Assembly: GCA_964459735.1 (NCBI GenBank)
Contig: CAYWNX010000001.1
Span: forward strand, 1-32,194
Length of the DNA: 32,194 nucleotides
From: an uncultured Dechloromonas sp.
Lineage (GTDB): Bacteria; Pseudomonadota; Gammaproteobacteria; Burkholderiales; Rhodocyclaceae
Reading direction: 5' to 3'
Positions 27,751 to 32,194 of the stretch are shown here, piece after piece. Each line of letters opens with the position of its first letter. The first letter of the stretch is position 1. The position numbers and the translations under genes were made by a program. The notes under the pieces are model-generated. The model saw nothing but the letters and a program-made list of their open reading frames with translations, was not told where the DNA came from and made no database searches.

Positions 27751-28847
27751 TTCAAACTTTGAATGTCGCGCTGGGCGAACGCGCCTATCCGATCCAAATC
27801 GGCTGTGGTGTCCTGAGCAAACCTGAACTAATCTTGCCTCACATCAAGCAAAAGAAAGCCGTGGTGGTGACGAATACTACGGTGGCACCGCTTTATCTCG
27901 AATTGCTGCGGTCGACGCTGGAAAAAGCCGGAATTTCAATGTTGCCGGTCATTCTTCCTGACGGCGAGCAATACAAGACATGGCAAACGCTGAACTTGAT
28001 CTTCGACGCCTTGCTCGGCGCACATTGTGAGCGAAGCACAACACTGATTGCGCTGGGTGGTGGGGTGATTGGTGATATGGGTGGCTTTGCGGCAGCTTGT
28101 TATCAGCGCGGCATGCCTTTTATTCAGGTGCCGACAACCCTGCTGTCGCTGGTCGACTCCTCGGTTGGCGGCAAGACAGCGATAAATCACCCTTTGGGCA
28201 AGAATATGATCGGCGCTTTTTATCAGCCGAAGCTGGTGCTCGCCGATATCTCCACCCTGGATACCTTGCCGGATCGCGAACTGAAGGCCGGGTTGGCCGA
28301 GGTCATAAAGTATGGCCTGATCCGCGATCCAGAATTTTTTGTCTGGCTTGAGGAAAATATCGAGAAGCTGCTGGCGCGCGATAAAGATGCACTGATTTAT
28401 GCCGTGCATCGCTCTTGCACTAACAAGGCAGAAGTTGTCGCTGCTGACGAGCGGGAAAATGGCGAACGGGCACTGCTCAATCTCGGTCATACCTTCGGTC
28501 ACGCGATTGAGACCGGCCTCGGCTATGGTGAGTGGCTGCATGGTGAAGCGATAGCCGCCGGCACGTTAATTGCTGCGGAACTGTCATGTCAGCTGGGGTG
28601 GTTGCCAGCCGAATCGGTACTGCGGATAGAGCGCCTGTTTGTTCGGGCGGATTTGCCCGTGTTTGGAGCGCCTTTGGGTGCGGCCAGGTACCTTGAATTA
28701 ATGCGTCACGACAAGAAGGTGCAAGACGGAAAACTGCGACTGGTTCTGCTCAAGGAAATTGGTCGGGCAGTCATGTCGGATGTGGCGGATGAGGCGCAGA
28801 TTAGTGCGGCGATTGAGGCGCGATGCACTCAAACAGGGAAGATTTGA
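27738..28847 (+). CDS. aroB: 3-dehydroquinate synthase
   Basis: [44 protein letters not shown] and HGEA. Confidence 0.98.
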   Translation: MQNLIQTLNVALGERAYPIQIGCGVLSKPELILPHIKQKKAVVVTNTTVAPLYLELLRSTLEKAGISMLPVILPDGEQYKTWQTLNLIFDALLGAHCERSTTLIALGGGVIGDMGGFAAACYQRGMPFIQVPTTLLSLVDSSVGGKTAINHPLGKNMIGAFYQPKLVLADISTLDTLPDRELKAGLAEVIKYGLIRDPEFFVWLEENIEKLLARDKDALIYAVHRSCTNKAEVVAADERENGERALLNLGHTFGHAIETGLGYGEWLHGEAIAAGTLIAAELSCQLGWLPAESVLRIERLFVRADLPVFGAPLGAARYLELMRHDKKVQDGKLRLVLLKEIGRAVMSDVADEAQISAAIEARCTQTGKI

Positions 28848-28880
28848 GTTTTCCGGGCCGCATTGGTGCGTTGCAGCATC

Positions 28881-28909
28881 TTGAATCGACAGGGTTTTGC
28901 CAGTATATT
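28881..28909 (+). promoter_or_regulatory. Putative sigma70 promoter for gltB
   Basis: TTGAAT, 17 nt, TATATT. Confidence 0.55.
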
Positions 28910-28934
28910 TGATGGTTGCCTCAAAATTTCGTAG

Positions 28935-28969
28935 AGGCCGAGGCGGGAAATATGACTCTCGGCTTTTTT
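28935..28969 (+). terminator. Terminator-like hairpin between aroB and gltB
   Basis: AGGCCGAG ... CTCGGCTT stem with a 15-nt loop, followed by a T run. Confidence 0.5.
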
Positions 28970-29018
28970 CATTGTTGGCCCATTTATACCGGCCAAGCTA
29001 TTTGAAGGAATGCGTGTG

Positions 29019-32000
29019 ATGGAATCGGCTGTACCTGAGCGGCAGGGTTTGTATGATCCTGCAAACGAGCACGACGCTTGTGGCGTGGGCTTTGTAGCCC
29101 ATTTTAAAGGCCAGAAATCTCATAGCATCGTCGAGCAGGGTTTGTTGATCCTGAAAAATCTGGATCACCGCGGTGCCGTTGGCGCCGACCCCCTGCAGGG
29201 TGATGGTGCCGGCATTCTTATCCAGATTCCCGACCAGTTCTACCGTGAAGAGATGGCCAAGCAGGGCATCTCTTTGCCGCCTTTGGGCGAATACGGGGTT
29301 GGTATGGTTTTCCTGCCGCAGGAGGCTGCATCGCGCCACGCCTGCGTCGAGGAAATCGAACGTTCCGTCAAGGCGGAAGGCCAGGTTTTGCTCGGCTGGC
29401 GCGATGTGCCGGTGAATCGCGATATGCCGATGTCGCCGACGGTCAAAGCCAAAGAACCGGTGATTCGCCAGGTATTTGTCGGTCGCGGCCCGGATGTCTT
29501 TGTGACCGATGCGCTGGAGCGCAAGCTATATATTATTCGCCGTCGTGCTGCAAACGCCATCAAGTCGCTCAAGCTCAAGCACGGCCAGGAATTCTACGTG
29601 CCGTCCTTCTCCGCGCGGACAATGAACTACAAGGGTCTGTTGCTGGCTGATCAAGTCGGTGTTTATTACCTCGACCTCCAGGACAAACGTACGATTTCCG
29701 CCCTGGCACTGGTCCACCAGCGTTTTTCGACCAATACCTTCCCGACCTGGGATCTGGCGCATCCGTTCCGCTACATTGCTCACAACGGCGAAATCAACAC
29801 CGTGCGTGGCAACGTTAACTGGTTCAAGGCACGTGAGCAGGCAATTTCCTCGCCGATTCTCGGCGACGATCTGAAAAAGGTCTGGCCGTTGCATTACCCG
29901 GGTCAGTCCGATTCGGCTTCTTTCGACAACGCGCTTGAACTGTTGGTGATGGGCGGCTACTCGATGGCCCATGCTGTCATGCTGATGATCCCGGAAGCCT
30001 GGGAAAAGCACACGCAGATGGATGAAAACCGTCGCGCCTTCTACGAATACCATGCTGCAATGATGGAACCGTGGGATGGCCCCGCCGCCGTTGCGTTCAC
30101 CGATGGTCGCCAGATCGGCGCCACGCTCGACCGTAACGGCCTGCGTCCGGCCCGCTATCTGGTCACCGATGACGACCTCGTGGTCATGGCTTCCGAATCC
30201 GGCGTGCTGCCGATTCCGGAAAAGAAGATCGTCAAGAAATGGCGTCTGCAACCGGGCAAGATGTTCCTGATCGATCTCGAGCAGGGGCGCATCATTGACG
30301 ATACAGAACTGAAAGATTCGCTGGCCAAGGCCAAGCCCTACCGTGAGTGGATCGAAAAGATCCGTATCCGGTTGGACGAAATGCCGGCGCCGGCCGAAAA
30401 AGTTGATGTGGCAACGGCTTCGTTGCTTGATCGGCAGCAAGCTTTTGGTTACACGCAGGAAGACATCAAGATCATTCTTGAGCCGATGGTTCAGAATGGT
30501 GAAGAAGCGACCGGGTCGATGGGTACGGATTCCGCGTTGCCAGTCTTGTCGAACAAGAACAAGACGCTGTATGCCTACTTCCAGCAGTTGTTTGCTCAGG
30601 TAACCAATCCGCCGATCGACCCGATTCGCGAAGAACTGGTCATGTCACTGGTTTCCTTCGTTGGCCCGAAACCGAACCTGCTGAACACCACTGATATCAA
30701 CCCGCCGATTCGCCTCGAAGTTTCCCAGCCGGTATTGACCTGCACCAATATGGAGAAACTGCGCTACATCGAAAAATATACGGCCGGCAAGTTCAAGTCC
30801 CTGGAGTTGGATATTTGCTATCCGGTAGCCTGGGGCAAGGCCGGGATTGAGGCCCGTCTAGCTTCGCTGGCGGCCGATGCCGAAGATGCCGTGCGTTCTG
30901 GCGCCAATGTCCTGATCGTTTCCGATCGCAAGGTCGACGCCGATCACGTCGCCATCCCGGCGTTACTCGCTACTTCGGCGATCCATCAGCATCTGGTCAA
31001 AAAAGGTCTGCGAACCAGTGCAGGTTTGGTCGTTGAAACCGGCTCGGCACGTGAAACGCATCACTTTGCATTGCTCGGCGGCTATGGTGCCGAAGCAGTG
31101 CATCCGTATCTGGCACTCGAAACCATCGAGGCGCTGGCCAAGGGTGATGCCGAAACAGCCGAGAAGTATGTTTATAACTACGTCAAGGCAATCGGCAAGG
31201 GGCTGAACAAGGTCATGTCCAAGATGGGCATTTCCACTTACATGTCCTACACCGGTGCGCAGATTTTCGAAGCGATTGGCCTGCAAAAGGATTTCGTCGA
31301 GAAATATTTCACCGGTACACCGTCCAATGTCGAAGGGATTGGCGTCTTCGAAGTAGCCGATGAGGCAATTCGTCTGCACGAAGAAGCCTTCTCCGATAAT
31401 CCGGTGCTCACTACCATGCTTGATGCCGGCGGTGAATATGCTTTCCGCACTCGCGGTGAAGAGCACATGTGGACGCCGGACTCGATAGCCAAACTGCAGC
31501 ATGCAACGCGCTCCGGTCAGGTAGATACCTACAAGGAATACGCCAAGCTGATCAACGATCAGACGAAGCGTCACCTCACTTTGCGTGGCCTGTTCGAGTT
31601 CAAGCCGACAGCAACCGCTGTGCCGCTGGCTGAAGTCGAGTCGGCCAAGGAGATCGTCAAGCGCTTTGCAACGGGTGCCATTTCACTTGGTGCGATTTCC
31701 ACCGAGTCGCACACCACGTTGGCGATTGCCATGAACCGTATCGGCGGCAAGTCGAATACCGGTGAAGGTGGTGAGGATGCCAGTCGTTATGCACCGGTCA
31801 AGGGTGGGACAATGCTCTCCGATGTGGTTGGCAAGACCCGTATCGCGCGCGACCTGGAACTGAAGGAGGGCGACTCGTTGCGCTCCTCGATCAAACAGGT
31901 TGCTTCCGGACGTTTTGGTGTGACGACCGAGTATCTGGTCAATGCCGACCAGATCCAGATCAAGATGGCCCAAGGTGCCAAGCCGGGTGAAGGTGGTCAG

Positions 32001-32194
32001 TTGCCGGGGCACAAGGTTTCCGAATACATAGGCTTCCTGCGTCATTCAGTACCCGGCGTCGGCCTGATTTCGCCGCCGCCGCACCACGATATTTATTCAA
32101 TTGAAGATTTGGCCCAGTTGATTCACGATCTGAAGAATGCCAATTCGCGCGCTTCAATATCCGTCAAATTGGTTTCCGAAGTCGGTGTAGGTAC
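29019..32194 (+). CDS. gltB: Glutamate synthase large subunit, 5' part; runs off the window
   Basis: [25 protein letters not shown] (Ntn Cys), [52 protein letters not shown] and [13 protein letters not shown]. The reading frame at the start matches the frame at the window end. Confidence 0.98.
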   Translation, partial: MESAVPERQGLYDPANEHDACGVGFVAHFKGQKSHSIVEQGLLILKNLDHRGAVGADPLQGDGAGILIQIPDQFYREEMAKQGISLPPLGEYGVGMVFLPQEAASRHACVEEIERSVKAEGQVLLGWRDVPVNRDMPMSPTVKAKEPVIRQVFVGRGPDVFVTDALERKLYIIRRRAANAIKSLKLKHGQEFYVPSFSARTMNYKGLLLADQVGVYYLDLQDKRTISALALVHQRFSTNTFPTWDLAHPFRYIAHNGEINTVRGNVNWFKAREQAISSPILGDDLKKVWPLHYPGQSDSASFDNALELLVMGGYSMAHAVMLMIPEAWEKHTQMDENRRAFYEYHAAMMEPWDGPAAVAFTDGRQIGATLDRNGLRPARYLVTDDDLVVMASESGVLPIPEKKIVKKWRLQPGKMFLIDLEQGRIIDDTELKDSLAKAKPYREWIEKIRIRLDEMPAPAEKVDVATASLLDRQQAFGYTQEDIKIILEPMVQNGEEATGSMGTDSALPVLSNKNKTLYAYFQQLFAQVTNPPIDPIREELVMSLVSFVGPKPNLLNTTDINPPIRLEVSQPVLTCTNMEKLRYIEKYTAGKFKSLELDICYPVAWGKAGIEARLASLAADAEDAVRSGANVLIVSDRKVDADHVAIPALLATSAIHQHLVKKGLRTSAGLVVETGSARETHHFALLGGYGAEAVHPYLALETIEALAKGDAETAEKYVYNYVKAIGKGLNKVMSKMGISTYMSYTGAQIFEAIGLQKDFVEKYFTGTPSNVEGIGVFEVADEAIRLHEEAFSDNPVLTTMLDAGGEYAFRTRGEEHMWTPDSIAKLQHATRSGQVDTYKEYAKLINDQTKRHLTLRGLFEFKPTATAVPLAEVESAKEIVKRFATGAISLGAISTESHTTLAIAMNRIGGKSNTGEGGEDASRYAPVKGGTMLSDVVGKTRIARDLELKEGDSLRSSIKQVASGRFGVTTEYLVNADQIQIKMAQGAKPGEGGQLPGHKVSEYIGFLRHSVPGVGLISPPPHHDIYSIEDLAQLIHDLKNANSRASISVKLVSEVGVG

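Noticed and set aside
28823-28870. NtrC-like half-sites TGCACT and TGGTGC upstream of gltB
   Set aside because: Neither forms a full TGCAC-N7-GTGCA palindrome, and no sigma54 -24/-12 element was identified.
28912-29019. 35-codon ORF whose TGA overlaps the gltB ATG (possible leader peptide)
   Set aside because: No RBS, ATG only 3 nt after the predicted -10, and no Glu/Gln codon run.
11084-30440. Long antisense or alternative-frame ORFs (e.g. 11084-11971, 15194-16168, 18111-18989, 29526-30440)
   Set aside because: Shadows of real genes expected from GC-rich codon bias; no motifs or RBS.

Overview
GC-rich betaproteobacterial chromosome, probably Rhodocyclales/Dechloromonas-like (inferred from gene order and protein style). 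Most of the window is housekeeping: ahcY (partial) with an SAH riboswitch, an HD-GYP phosphodiesterase, metK with a SAM-II-like riboswitch, two lipid A acyltransferases, a GNAT, dapF-DUF484-xerC, rlmI, a STAS protein, hslVU, an AEC transporter, hslR, lysA, lptM, cyaY, PBP1A, pilMNOPQ, aroKB and gltB (partial). No rRNA, tRNA, CRISPR array or mobile element was seen. The most striking element is at 9311-13324. A 93-aa His/CxxC-containing exported leader peptide ends in an RGPP ribosome-arrest-type motif, and its stop codon lies in a perfect 11-bp inverted repeat that pairs with the Shine-Dalgarno region of a downstream outer-membrane barrel + ZnuABC-like operon. This looks like a metal-sensing, nascent-chain translational attenuator. 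Also notable: an unannotated 50-aa highly basic protein with its own promoter, RBS and terminator (7882-8034); an internally duplicated STAS protein in front of hslVU; a structured gltB leader; and a substitution in the near-invariant MetK signature. All family calls come from motif recognition by eye, with no database searches.
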